From IMG/VR virus record IMGVR_UViG_3300012166_000007, positions 1-31,819 of that record: a stretch of 31,819 bases of DNA; one strand, given 5' to 3'. This document shows positions 8,891 to 17,205 of this stretch, piece after piece (the stretch's first letter is position 1; every line of letters begins with the position of its first letter). This DNA is from a virus. Taxonomy: Duplodnaviria; Caudoviricetes. The notes beneath the pieces are model-generated. The model was given only the letters and a program-made list of their open reading frames with translations. It was not told the DNA's origin and made no database searches. A program made the position numbers and the translations under genes.

Positions 8891-10819
8891 GTGGCTACGC
8901 TAGTCCGCAGGATTCCAGATCAGCTCAGCAGTCTGGGAGTGGGCTCTTCGGGAAACTATATCCTGAAGGACTACGCCTTTGACTATGCCCTCGCTGGCAT
9001 TCCATTCCTTTCCGGTATCAACGATGACCGTCCGTACACTGAGCGGATGGCGGAGATCAGGAAGGAACAGTTCGACAACTTCGCAGAACCTGGGGAGCAG
9101 TCCCTCCAGGGCTGGTGGCTGAGGAGCCAGTCCACCTTTACGGGTGGAGCTGGAATCCTGTATCAGGATCCTGACAACGACAACCAGTTCAACTTCAGGT
9201 TCTCCGAGAGCCTTGGAGTGGACTGCTGGAACTCTGGAGACCTGAGCCTTCTGCGTAACTCAACGCTCACGTCTGCCACCACCGACACTCCGGTCATCGC
9301 GCGCGGATTCGTGGACGGATCCGGAGTGGACTCTTACTGGCTGGTGCGCACGGATGATCTGGACAAGGTGACCGACAGCGGCACCACTGCTGTCATCAGC
9401 GGAACTCTGGACACCATCTATGACATCACCAGCTCTGGCAAGCAGTACTTCATCGCCGTGTCCAACGGAATCAAGAAGGGCTCCGACGCTGGAGCGCCCA
9501 GCACTATCTACTCCGGTACATACAATGACACCTCAGTCCTTGAGTTCGTCAAGGGCAGGCTCATCCTTGGTCACAACGGCAGCGTCTACCAGCTGGTCAC
9601 CTCTCCAGTGGGAGCGCCCGTAGCGCTCCCTGCGGCCGTCTATACTCATCAGGATTCCGACTGGGAATGGAAGTCCATTACCGACGGACCGACCGCCATC
9701 TATGTGGCGGGAGATTCTGGCACCACCAGTGAGATCCACAAGTTCGCTCCCACGCTTGACAGTGGAGGTCTGCCAGTCCTTACCTGGACTGGCGTCACTG
9801 CCACCATGCCAGCAGGTGAAACCATCCGGGACATCTACCAGTATGTTGGATCGTTCGTCGGTATCGCCACCAGCAAGGGCTTCAGGGTTGGCGAGATTGA
9901 CAGCAATGGAGACATCGCTTACGGCCCACTGCTGTTCGAGCCTGACGGCGGATGCCGTGGCATCACCGGATTCGACCGCTTCATGTGGGTGGGTTCCGTG
10001 AATGCTCATGACGGATCCTCTGGACTGTTCAGGGTCGACCTTGGCAACTCCGTTCAGGAGCAGACCACCAAGGCGGTACGCTACGCGTACGCTCGGGACA
10101 TCTATCTGGACGGACAGGACACGGAGATCACTTCGGTGACCATGTTCGGCAGCTCCGACAGGAAGGTCTACACTCTGGCCGGAGTAGGAGCAGCCAAGGA
10201 GGAGGCCACCCAGCTGGTACCTACCGGTTTCCTGGAGACTGGACGCATCAGGTTCAACACCGAGGAGCCGAAGCTGTACAAGTTCTTCAGCATCCGGTCT
10301 CCGTCTCCACTTGAGGGAAACCTGGCAGTCTCCGTCCTCAGTGAGGGCGGCGGAGACGTGACTCACATTACCTACGGACCATCCTTCGGTTCCGGCACTG
10401 GCGACGTGGGAATCTCTCAGCCTCAGGGGCCGCAGAACTGGATCAAGCTTCGCTTCACTCTTGTGCGTGGAGCTGACGAGTCGGCTGGTGCGGTGCTGAA
10501 CGGGTGGCAGGTGAAGGCCCTTCCTGGCTCCATTCGTCAGAGGATGATCACTCAGGTATTCCAGTGTTTCGACAATGAATCCGATAAGAGTGGTCAGCGC
10601 ATGGGCTACGAGGGATTCTCTCGTGATCGCATGGAACTGTTCAAGTCCGTCGCCCGAGCAGGCGACGTCGTCAACTATCAGGAGCTGGTGGAAGGACTCA
10701 TCACTCAGGTAGTGATCGACGACTGGGAGTTCAGGCAGTCCGGCCCTCCAGGGCCGAACCGTGGCGTGCTAGGCGGATACCTCACCGTAGTCATGAGGAC
10801 TGTAGCAGAGAGCGTATAA
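8891..10819 (+). CDS. Tail nozzle-like (beta-propeller) minor tail protein
   Basis: 642 aa beta-rich ORF closing the tail module; size and position match podovirus nozzle proteins. Confidence 0.6.
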   Translation: MATLVRRIPDQLSSLGVGSSGNYILKDYAFDYALAGIPFLSGINDDRPYTERMAEIRKEQFDNFAEPGEQSLQGWWLRSQSTFTGGAGILYQDPDNDNQFNFRFSESLGVDCWNSGDLSLLRNSTLTSATTDTPVIARGFVDGSGVDSYWLVRTDDLDKVTDSGTTAVISGTLDTIYDITSSGKQYFIAVSNGIKKGSDAGAPSTIYSGTYNDTSVLEFVKGRLILGHNGSVYQLVTSPVGAPVALPAAVYTHQDSDWEWKSITDGPTAIYVAGDSGTTSEIHKFAPTLDSGGLPVLTWTGVTATMPAGETIRDIYQYVGSFVGIATSKGFRVGEIDSNGDIAYGPLLFEPDGGCRGITGFDRFMWVGSVNAHDGSSGLFRVDLGNSVQEQTTKAVRYAYARDIYLDGQDTEITSVTMFGSSDRKVYTLAGVGAAKEEATQLVPTGFLETGRIRFNTEEPKLYKFFSIRSPSPLEGNLAVSVLSEGGGDVTHITYGPSFGSGTGDVGISQPQGPQNWIKLRFTLVRGADESAGAVLNGWQVKALPGSIRQRMITQVFQCFDNESDKSGQRMGYEGFSRDRMELFKSVARAGDVVNYQELVEGLITQVVIDDWEFRQSGPPGPNRGVLGGYLTVVMRTVAESV

Positions 10820-10834
10820 CTGGCAGGGGGAGAG

Positions 10835-11149
10835 ATGCTTGATCCGGGCGAGGTTATCACCGTACTTACCGGAGTGGCAGGAGTAACTGGAGGATTCATC
10901 GGAGGCAAGAGGCTTGGCAACAGCCAGTCCATTGCGGCTGCCGTTGATACCACGCAGCTTCTAGAGCTTGCGGTAGCGGAACTGCGCACTCAGGCGCAGG
11001 CCAAGGATGGCAAGATCTCAGATCTGAGCAGCAGGGTAGACGTCCTCGAATCGCTGGTCACCCAGCGAGCAGAGGTTGAAGCCGTGCACGTCGAAGTGCA
11101 GGGCGTTAGGCATGTGGTGGATCGTATCGCTGACAAGCTGGAAGCTTAA
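10835..11149 (+). CDS. Membrane protein with coiled coil (lysis-associated, putative)
   Basis: N-terminal hydrophobic segment followed by coiled coil; GGGGAG RBS. Confidence 0.65.
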   Translation: MLDPGEVITVLTGVAGVTGGFIGGKRLGNSQSIAAAVDTTQLLELAVAELRTQAQAKDGKISDLSSRVDVLESLVTQRAEVEAVHVEVQGVRHVVDRIADKLEA

Positions 11150-11150
11150 C

Positions 11151-11381
11151 ATGAAGCCTGTCTGGTACGATCGTCGCATCTACGCAGTAACCACCGACCG
11201 AGAGCGGGAGGCCGTCAAGTACGTGCAGCGAGTTCTCGGACTACGAGAGTCCGGAGATCTTGACGAGGAGACGAAGTCCCACATTCGTGGGCTTCAGGTA
11301 CTCTTCGGCCTCCGGCCATCAGCCGTCATCGACGATGCTACGGCTGAGCAGATTGAGCGAATCTTTCCATATGGCGCCTAG
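11151..11381 (+). CDS. Small peptidoglycan-binding-domain protein (putative)
   Basis: VKYVQRVLG...G.LD.ET...IR.LQ..FGL....ID..T resembles the PG_binding_1 three-helix pattern. Confidence 0.6.
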   Translation: MKPVWYDRRIYAVTTDREREAVKYVQRVLGLRESGDLDEETKSHIRGLQVLFGLRPSAVIDDATAEQIERIFPYGA

Positions 11382-11389
11382 GAGCGTAA

Positions 11390-11587
11390 ATGAGTTCGTA
11401 CTTCAGGGATCTAGTGGAGCGAGTAGCGGCAACGTTCGCCTTCTCGTTCCTGTCTGTCTTCAGCTTCTCCGATCTCAGCACTGCTGACAATGCCGCTATC
11501 GCAGGAGCCGCAGCGGCGGCTTCCCTTCTGAAGGGATGGCTTGGCAAGTATCTCGGCAACGAGACTGACGCAGGTATCACCAGGTAA
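11390..11587 (+). CDS. Holin
   Basis: DLVERVAATF plus two hydrophobic helices, typical of the actinophage r1t-like holin; AGGAG RBS. Confidence 0.75.
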   Translation: MSSYFRDLVERVAATFAFSFLSVFSFSDLSTADNAAIAGAAAAASLLKGWLGKYLGNETDAGITR

Positions 11588-11591
11588 CACT

Positions 11592-11622
11592 GAAAGGGCC
11601 CCCGGAAGGGGGCCCTTTCTTT
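11592..11622. terminator. Terminator between convergent arms
   Basis: GAAAGGGCCCCC-GGAA-GGGGGCCCTTTC then TTT. Confidence 0.85.
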
Positions 11623-11627
11623 GCGTT

Positions 11628-11903
11628 CTAGCAGTCCAGCATCCTGAAGTCACCCCAGGCTTGCTCGGCGACAACCGTTCCGTCATCCTTCACAAGGCCG
11701 TCATGAAGGATGACGTTCACCTCGGCGGTCTCTATGTAAGCGAAGACTATCTTGGTGACCTGGTCAAGCACTTCCTCGTCCAGTCCAGGGACCTCGTCAC
11801 CGAGAGTCTCCCATACGGTCAGGTTCTCGATCTCCTGCCCGAAGGTCTCAATCAGATGCTTGGCCACCGTGCGGGCAATCGCTCGCTGAGTTTCCTTCTG
11901 CAT
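11628..11903 (-). CDS. Hypothetical protein
   Basis: GGAGG RBS before ATG 11903 (MQKETQ...). Confidence 0.7.
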   Translation of the reverse strand: MQKETQRAIARTVAKHLIETFGQEIENLTVWETLGDEVPGLDEEVLDQVTKIVFAYIETAEVNVILHDGLVKDDGTVVAEQAWGDFRMLDC

Positions 11904-11904
11904 A

Positions 11905-12090
11905 CTAACCCTCCGGGTCTTCGATGAATTCACTCCACGCCAGGTTGGAGTTAGCCTCCGCCTGCTTGGCGTTGTTCAGGGCCTCATTGTAGGCGTCCTT
12001 TGTGCTGCCGCCTTGAACGTCAGACCAGTTGTTCTTGGCGATGCCTTCAGCCTGTGCGGCCTTCTGGTACGCCTCGTGCTTCTTACCCAT
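11905..12090 (-). CDS. Hypothetical protein
   Basis: 61 aa, tightly packed with neighbours. Confidence 0.65.
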   Translation of the reverse strand: MGKKHEAYQKAAQAEGIAKNNWSDVQGGSTKDAYNEALNNAKQAEANSNLAWSEFIEDPEG

Positions 12091-12289
12091 TCAGCTCAGC
12101 CACCTTATCTATGTAGACCAGCTCCACACCTTCGCGCAGAGTCACCTTGTTTGCGGGGATCCACTTGCGTGAGCCCATCTTGCCGTAGCGGATTTCCATG
12201 TAGTGCTTGGTTCCGCTGACGTGTGTGGCCATGTAGTAGGCAAGCCTCGGAAGGCCGACCTCCATGACTCTCGCGTTGACTGTCTTCAC
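12083..12289 (-). CDS. Hypothetical protein
   Basis: GTGA overlap with the upstream stop; GGAG RBS. Confidence 0.6.
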   Translation of the reverse strand: MKTVNARVMEVGLPRLAYYMATHVSGTKHYMEIRYGKMGSRKWIPANKVTLREGVELVYIDKVAELNG

Positions 12290-12441
12290 TTGCCACTCCG
12301 CTCGGACGCGCCGGGAACGTATCGCTCGGGCGGCCTGTCGGGATGCACTACGCACTTCCCATCGTCAATGACATGCTTCGCCAGTCCAGCAGGCTTACGC
12401 CTTATCCCGCACCGGCAGGTCGGACCGCCCTCGTTCTTCAC
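12286..12441 (-). CDS. 51-aa putative Zn-binding protein (MKNEGGPTCRCG...KCVVHP...)
   Basis: AGAGGAG RBS plus GTG; CxC...CxxH. Confidence 0.6.
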   Translation of the reverse strand: MKNEGGPTCRCGIRRKPAGLAKHVIDDGKCVVHPDRPPERYVPGASERSGK

Positions 12442-12501
12442 GATACTCCTCTATGCGCAGCCTGAGCCTCCCCGAAGGGAGGCGTCCGACCACAACTCGT
12501 C

Positions 12502-12594
12502 TCACTCTTCCGGAGGCTCAGGCTCTAGGATGGGCATGCGCTCGCCAGGATTCTCTTCATCCTGGTCGTCGTCAGTCTTCCTCATCTTCGCCAT
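12502..12594 (-). CDS. 30-aa acidic micro-protein (MAKMRKTDDDQDEENPGERMPILEPEPPEE)
   Basis: Overlaps the upstream micro-ORF; manual translation. Confidence 0.4.
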   Translation of the reverse strand: MAKMRKTDDDQDEENPGERMPILEPEPPEE

Positions 12595-12655
12595 CCAGGG
12601 ACTCGTCACGAAGCTCTTCGTCGAGAACGATGTTCTCGTCATTCTCGTCACTCAT
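12572..12655 (-). CDS. 27-aa acidic micro-protein (MSDENDENIVLDEELRDESLDGEDEED)
   Basis: AGGAG RBS; overlaps the upstream stop. Confidence 0.55.
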   Translation of the reverse strand: MSDENDENIVLDEELRDESLDGEDEED

Positions 12656-12740
12656 CCGCACTCTCCTGAACCATGATGACTTCCTCTTCCACGGGCTCAT
12701 CCGGCTGCTCTTCGGTGCTCTGGCACCACTCGTCACTCAC
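12648..12740 (-). CDS. 30-aa acidic micro-protein (MSDEWCQSTEEQPDEPVEEEVIMVQESADE)
   Basis: GAAAGG RBS plus GTG. Confidence 0.5.
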   Translation of the reverse strand: MSDEWCQSTEEQPDEPVEEEVIMVQESADE

Positions 12741-12770
12741 AGTTCCGGCCTTTCTGTGCCTTCTTGCGGC

Positions 12771-12917
12771 TCACTTCTCGGTCTGATTCTGGTAGTCGGT
12801 CAGCGCGTCGACTCCCGCGTCCAGATCCGTGTTCTCCTGAACCTGGAGGTCGAACTCCCGGCCCTTGGTCTTGCCGTCCGCGTTCTCATCGAACGGGATC
12901 TCGTTCCATGTGGTCAT
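12771..12917 (-). CDS. 48-aa hypothetical protein (MTTWNEIPFDENADG...)
   Basis: ATGA overlap with the upstream gene. Confidence 0.6.
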   Translation of the reverse strand: MTTWNEIPFDENADGKTKGREFDLQVQENTDLDAGVDALTDYQNQTEK

Positions 12918-13156
12918 GACTTCATCTCCATCTCGATGATGTAGTACTCGTCGGTTGCGACGCCCGTACCGTACTGGCCTTCGACAGTGACGCTGTCGGC
13001 GTCATCCTCGATGGACACCTCAAGCTCCTCGGCAATGTCCTGGATCGCATCCAGTGCACTCTGGAGATTCGGGTGAGCGGGCGACACCACTTCAGTGGTG
13101 ATCTGGTCCGTTCCGTGGAACGTGGTCTCGTTGAGGATCAGGTAGATGTCACTCAC
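12914..13156 (-). CDS. Acidic hypothetical protein
   Basis: GTGA overlap with primase; AAGGA RBS. Confidence 0.7.
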   Translation of the reverse strand: MSDIYLILNETTFHGTDQITTEVVSPAHPNLQSALDAIQDIAEELEVSIEDDADSVTVEGQYGTGVATDEYYIIEMEMKS

Positions 13157-13791
13157 TTGCGTATCCTTGCTCGAAGGGCTTCCGTTCCGGAAGCCACCCA
13201 GATTGAATTGACATCCTCATGCGGAGGAAGAACGACACGGATGGCATTCACCTCGGCAACCATGCGGTCACCGAACTTCTTGCCAGCCTCATCGCCTTCC
13301 TGCCACACGTACACGCTGGAGAAGTCTTCGAAGACATTCTTCCAGTGGTCTTGCCACTTGGTTGCACCCGAGACGCCAACGCACGGGATGCCAGCAAGTG
13401 TAGAACTGAGGGCATCGATCTCCCCCTCAGCCGTAGCAATGGACTGCCCCGCTGCGTGCAGCGCATTCACATTGTACAGGTTGACCGGCAGTCCATGCCA
13501 CATCATGTACTTACCCTGATGTGGATGGACCTCCTTGCAGGAATGGTCCTGCATGCACCGGAAGTTGTAGTTCACCGGACCCGCAGGAGTCAGGTAAGGA
13601 ATCGCCAGGCGACCAACGAGGTACTCGTGACCCGGAAGCGGGTCACGCACTACGCCAAGTCCTGCGGAGAGCGCGGCTTCCCGATCGATGCCCCGCCCTG
13701 CCAGATACTCCAGACCTTCGTCCAGGTGCTTCCGATACGTGTCCAGAGCCCTTGCCAGCGACTTCCTCTGCACGCTGGAGAGCGATGCCAT
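13153..13791 (-). CDS. DNA primase, TOPRIM part
   Basis: YL..RGI, GRLAIPY, AEGEIDA, GVSGA and EGDEAG TOPRIM motifs. Confidence 0.9.
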   Translation of the reverse strand: MASLSSVQRKSLARALDTYRKHLDEGLEYLAGRGIDREAALSAGLGVVRDPLPGHEYLVGRLAIPYLTPAGPVNYNFRCMQDHSCKEVHPHQGKYMMWHGLPVNLYNVNALHAAGQSIATAEGEIDALSSTLAGIPCVGVSGATKWQDHWKNVFEDFSSVYVWQEGDEAGKKFGDRMVAEVNAIRVVLPPHEDVNSIWVASGTEALRARIRK

Positions 13792-14032
13792 AAGAAAGGT
13801 TCTCCTTCTTCATGATGAGTTGAACGGCGTTACCCTTGGCTTCACAACCATGACACACGAATACGTGTATGACTGTATTGACACTGGCCGAAGCCGACCC
13901 ATCCTCGTGGAACGGGCACTTGTAGGCATACCATCCACGATCCTCCACGACTGGCTCACCCCCATAAAACTCAAGGATGGGGCCAATCGGAATGACCGGC
14001 CACTCCTTATCCTCCGTCGCCCTCCGGACCAT
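13643..14032 (-). CDS. DNA primase, CHC2 zinc-binding part
   Basis: CPFHED..ASASV....FVCHGC..KGNAV; GAGGAGG RBS before ATG 14032. Confidence 0.85.
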   Translation of the reverse strand: MVRRATEDKEWPVIPIGPILEFYGGEPVVEDRGWYAYKCPFHEDGSASASVNTVIHVFVCHGCEAKGNAVQLIMKKENLSYGIALQRAEEVAGKGSGHVSEAPGRRSGVSGRAGHRSGSRALRRTWRSA

Positions 14033-14408
14033 AGCCCGCCTCCTCAAGGAGGTTCAGCAGCGTGTCGACCTGCATGCAGGCGACCCACTCACCGATGTTC
14101 GCTTCGCCCTGCCCGTTCATGCGGAGAACCGCCATGGGATAGGGCGGAGGCTGAATACGCAGTCCGTTGAACTGCTTGAGGAACTCTTCGTGTTGCTTCT
14201 CCGACTCGGTACGAGCCTGCCGAAGAGCAGCCTTGGGATCGAATCCAGTCCGAGCCTTCAGCTCGAACCAGATACCAGGAGTGCTGAGGATGTCAGCACC
14301 CTGGCGTCCAGCGCCAGTGGGCTCAGCGTACGGGAAGAGCTTCCGAATGTACTCAGCGAACGCCTTCTGAGTCCGGTAGCCGCGATGCTTCCTTGACTGG
14401 GACGTCAC
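14007..14408 (-). CDS. Holliday junction resolvase (PD-(D/E)xK, archaeal type)
   Basis: SRKHRG...GAG..G.DI.....FELKAR; GTGA-coupled start. Confidence 0.75.
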   Translation of the reverse strand: MTSQSRKHRGYRTQKAFAEYIRKLFPYAEPTGAGRQGADILSTPGIWFELKARTGFDPKAALRQARTESEKQHEEFLKQFNGLRIQPPPYPMAVLRMNGQGEANIGEWVACMQVDTLLNLLEEAGYGPEGDGG

Positions 14409-14470
14409 TTCTTGAACACCCCGAAAGCCCACAGCAGCATGACTATCAGCACGAGCATTCCTAGCGTCAT
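14405..14470 (-). CDS. 21-aa membrane peptide (MTLGMLVLIVMLLWAFGVFKK)
   Basis: GAGGA RBS; fills the gap between helicase and resolvase. Confidence 0.55.
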   Translation of the reverse strand: MTLGMLVLIVMLLWAFGVFKK

Positions 14471-14471
14471 G

Positions 14472-15329
14472 TCAGTCCTCTCCGAATAGGTCTACCTTAT
14501 GGTTGTCGGCGACGCCGACACCATCATTGAACAGAATACCTTCGGTCGAGTCGTCCTCCTCGATGTGGCAGATCGCAGGATCTGCCTTCATTCGGAAGAA
14601 CTTCTTGGCCATTGCATCCTGAGGACCGAATCGATTCTTGACCACGGCAACGTCAAGCGTACCGTTATGCGCATCACCCCAGAGGGTGATGATGCACGTC
14701 GGTAGCTGATTAGCCTTGCCCATGATGGCCGACCGAGGAGGAGGAGTACCACCCTTGGCCGACTCCGAAGTGTGATGCACAATCGTGAGTGCTGTCTGCT
14801 GTTCACGCACCATCACCTTCAATTCAGACATCAGGGCCCAGTAATTCTGTTCACCAGCACCCTCATAGTCGACATCCATGAGGATGTCGATAATGGTGTG
14901 GTGAGGGTACTCCCCATGAACCTCGCGGAAAGCTTCAGCCTCCGCCCACATGTGGTCCAAGGTTGGTGCCGCATGGAACGACCACTTCACGTGGCTGAAC
15001 TTCTGTAGCACCGGAGCGGCAAGCTCCGGATGCATCATGATCTCAAGCTCCGACTCGTCGGTCGACTGACCGGTCAGCATAGACCTCACGCGAGTAGCCA
15101 TCGTGAAGTCATCGGAGTCTGAAGAGTGATAGAGAGTGGGAACGTCCGATCCCATGGCATCCACGATGTTCAGCATGAGAACTGTCTTCATGGAGCCGGG
15201 AGGGCCAGCTATCATCTGAATGGACGAGCGCCTGAAGGAGATCTTCTTTTGTTCGAAGACCGGCCAGGGAGCCGGAAGAGGCTCCCCAGCCGATAGCCCC
15301 CGCCGGACGCTGCGGAACAGCGTCTTAAT
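14472..15329 (-). CDS. DnaB-like (SF4) replicative helicase, probable ATT start
   Basis: Walker A variant AGPPGSMKT, IIDILMD, VHH and VVKNRFGP; open frame from ATT 15329, 5 nt after AAGGAG. Confidence 0.85.
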   Translation of the reverse strand: MKTLFRSVRRGLSAGEPLPAPWPVFEQKKISFRRSSIQMIAGPPGSMKTVLMLNIVDAMGSDVPTLYHSSDSDDFTMATRVRSMLTGQSTDESELEIMMHPELAAPVLQKFSHVKWSFHAAPTLDHMWAEAEAFREVHGEYPHHTIIDILMDVDYEGAGEQNYWALMSELKVMVREQQTALTIVHHTSESAKGGTPPPRSAIMGKANQLPTCIITLWGDAHNGTLDVAVVKNRFGPQDAMAKKFFRMKADPAICHIEEDDSTEGILFNDGVGVADNHKVDLFGED

Positions 15330-15331
15330 GA

Positions 15332-15766
15332 CTACTCCTTGGGAGCCTGGAGGCGGACCTCGTAGAGCTTCTTCGGGAACGGAGCGTTGCCGCTGTCATC
15401 CTCTTCGGTGAACTTGATGGCGATCACTCCACCAGGAACCAGCTTGCCACCCTCACGGATGGCCTTCTTGGTGGCCTTCAGTCGCTCGCTCTCCAGCCGG
15501 AGAGAGACCGGCGTGCCATCCTTGAGCTTGCCCACGATCAGCCAGGCAGGGACGGCCTCGAACGGAAGCTGAAGGACAAGGTCCGACTGCTTGACCAGCT
15601 TGTTGTTCTGGAAGTACAGCTGGTCGCCCGGCTTGCCCTTGATGAACTCCCGGACCGGCACCTTCTGCACGGTGTCGATGAGGATCTTGTGCTCGGTACC
15701 GATGGTCTCGAACTTGACACCCTTCGGGATGCTGGATCCACCGATGTCGTTGATGTCGTCGCTCAT
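15332..15766 (-). CDS. Single-stranded DNA-binding protein (putative)
   Basis: KFETIG...ATKKAIREGG.L.PGG..AIKF......PKKLYEV pattern of actinophage SSBs; synteny. Confidence 0.65.
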   Translation of the reverse strand: MSDDINDIGGSSIPKGVKFETIGTEHKILIDTVQKVPVREFIKGKPGDQLYFQNNKLVKQSDLVLQLPFEAVPAWLIVGKLKDGTPVSLRLESERLKATKKAIREGGKLVPGGVIAIKFTEEDDSGNAPFPKKLYEVRLQAPKE

Positions 15767-15784
15767 TGAATCTCCTTGGATTTG

Positions 15785-16159
15785 TCAGAAGTCCCAGTCG
15801 GGTCCATCCTCAGCCGGAGCTGAGGTGGGATCTTCCCAGGCCTTCGATGTGGTCGGCTGGCCCGTCTTGGTCCACGGTGCAGCTGCTTCTTCAGGTGACA
15901 GTTCGGTGGCGCCGAGTCCATCCTTGATCAGGTCGGACGCGACATCATTGATGTCATCTTCAGGTGCAGGCTTGGCCTTCGGCTTGGCAACCTTCGTGGA
16001 CTGCTCGAAAGCAGCCACCTCAGCAGCCTGGTACTCGCTGATGAAGTTGGCATACCACCGCGCCAGCTCATCAGGCTGAGGCATGGTGGCATTCTCGTCC
16101 ACCATCTCAACGAAACCGTATGGAACCTTCTTGCTTGGGATCCGATACGTAATCTGCAT
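15785..16159 (-). CDS. Hypothetical protein with acidic tail
   Basis: TGATG coupling to the Cas4-like gene. Confidence 0.7.
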   Translation of the reverse strand: MQITYRIPSKKVPYGFVEMVDENATMPQPDELARWYANFISEYQAAEVAAFEQSTKVAKPKAKPAPEDDINDVASDLIKDGLGATELSPEEAAAPWTKTGQPTTSKAWEDPTSAPAEDGPDWDF

Positions 16160-16959
16160 CAGAATGGGTATCCATCCTCTTCGGACTTGTCGTAGTACAG
16201 AGCCCTTTGCGTGGGCCCTGCCTCGATGAGGCAATTGGGGGACTGGGTGCAGAAGCGGCAGTGGAAACCATGATTGGCCTTCCACTTCCGTTCCTTGATG
16301 TCCTCGTATGCCTTCTGATACCGAGCGCCAAGAGCGCTCGGATCCACTCCGGACAGGTCAACAGGCCTGGCCTTCGCAGCTTCTGGATTGAGCATGGCCC
16401 ACATGCCGAACATGGGGACGGTGTGGTACTTGTTGGCCTCAAGCAGAGCATCGTATGTCTCCAGTTGGAGATTCGTTTTCGGCTTCTGCTTGCCAGACTT
16501 CCAGTCCACGATCGCAGGACCATGCTTCTTGTGCTCACCGACGATGTCGATGAACGCCTTGATGGGAACCTCGCAACCAGGCAGCATGCCTGTTGCGTCG
16601 TACTCAACTTCCCATACATCTATGTCTTCGAGGAACGCAAGAGCGTTCTCGAAGCAACGCTTGACCAGATCGATAGCCTTGTCACGGAAGACGGGATCAT
16701 CCTTCGGGCCACCGGCAAGCCAGTTGACATCTTCAGGATCGATCTCCATCTGCGCCTCAACGAGAGGATAGAACACTTCCTCCGCAGTCAGTGTGATCTG
16801 ATGCTCAAGGTAGTACTCGATCATGTGGTGTACTGCGGACCCTAGGGGAAAGTACCACGTCTGCTTTTCCTCGGCGTTCTTTACGCGCCCAAGGTAGTAG
16901 CTACGCGGACACTCCTCGTACCGGGACAGAGCACTGAAACTCATGTGCTCGGGTATCAA
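16159..16959 (-). CDS. Cas4/RecB-like exonuclease
   Basis: SFS....Y..CP, GSAVH, FID, IVDWKSG, QL..Y and C..C.....C Fe-S cysteines; GGAGG RBS plus TTG. Confidence 0.9.
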   Translation of the reverse strand: MIPEHMSFSALSRYEECPRSYYLGRVKNAEEKQTWYFPLGSAVHHMIEYYLEHQITLTAEEVFYPLVEAQMEIDPEDVNWLAGGPKDDPVFRDKAIDLVKRCFENALAFLEDIDVWEVEYDATGMLPGCEVPIKAFIDIVGEHKKHGPAIVDWKSGKQKPKTNLQLETYDALLEANKYHTVPMFGMWAMLNPEAAKARPVDLSGVDPSALGARYQKAYEDIKERKWKANHGFHCRFCTQSPNCLIEAGPTQRALYYDKSEEDGYPF

Positions 16960-17131
16960 TTGAACCTCCAGAGATGGAGAGATGACCTACAGTTTCGAGC
17001 GGGGCCTCAAACCCGTCGCACTCGATAACACTACCAGCGGTCAACCTGTGGTGGCTAAGCTGAGTTCGGTTGGTGTACCGAACCGGGGTGACCGGCGACC
17101 TTGGTGTAACCCTCAGTCTTTCACTTAGCTC

Positions 17132-17205
17132 TGCGCGGATGGACAGGAATCGAACCTGTGCATGGGCCTTCACGGCCCATGTTCTGCCACTAAACTACCA
17201 CCCTC
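17132..17205 (-). tRNA. Atypical tRNA (His-like G-1:C73, non-canonical anticodon loop CGTGAAG)
   Basis: G-AGGGTGG TA GTTT-AGTGGCA-GAAC A TGGGC-CGTGAAG-GCCCA TGC ACAGG-TTCGATT-CCTGT CCATCCG C GCA. Confidence 0.7.

Noticed and set aside
12395-12505. 36-aa basic ORF VRRVVVGRLPSG... on the minus strand
   Set aside because: GTGA-coupled, but it overlaps the better-supported 12286-12441 gene by 47 nt and spans the hairpin switch; not called
16159-16959. Cas4-like gene as evidence of a CRISPR system
   Set aside because: No other cas genes and no repeat-spacer array; solo Cas4-like nucleases are routine in actinophage replication modules
16983-17030. Hammerhead-like CTCGAAAC...GTC on the minus strand
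   Set aside because: The CUGANGA core is absent (TTATCGAG instead)
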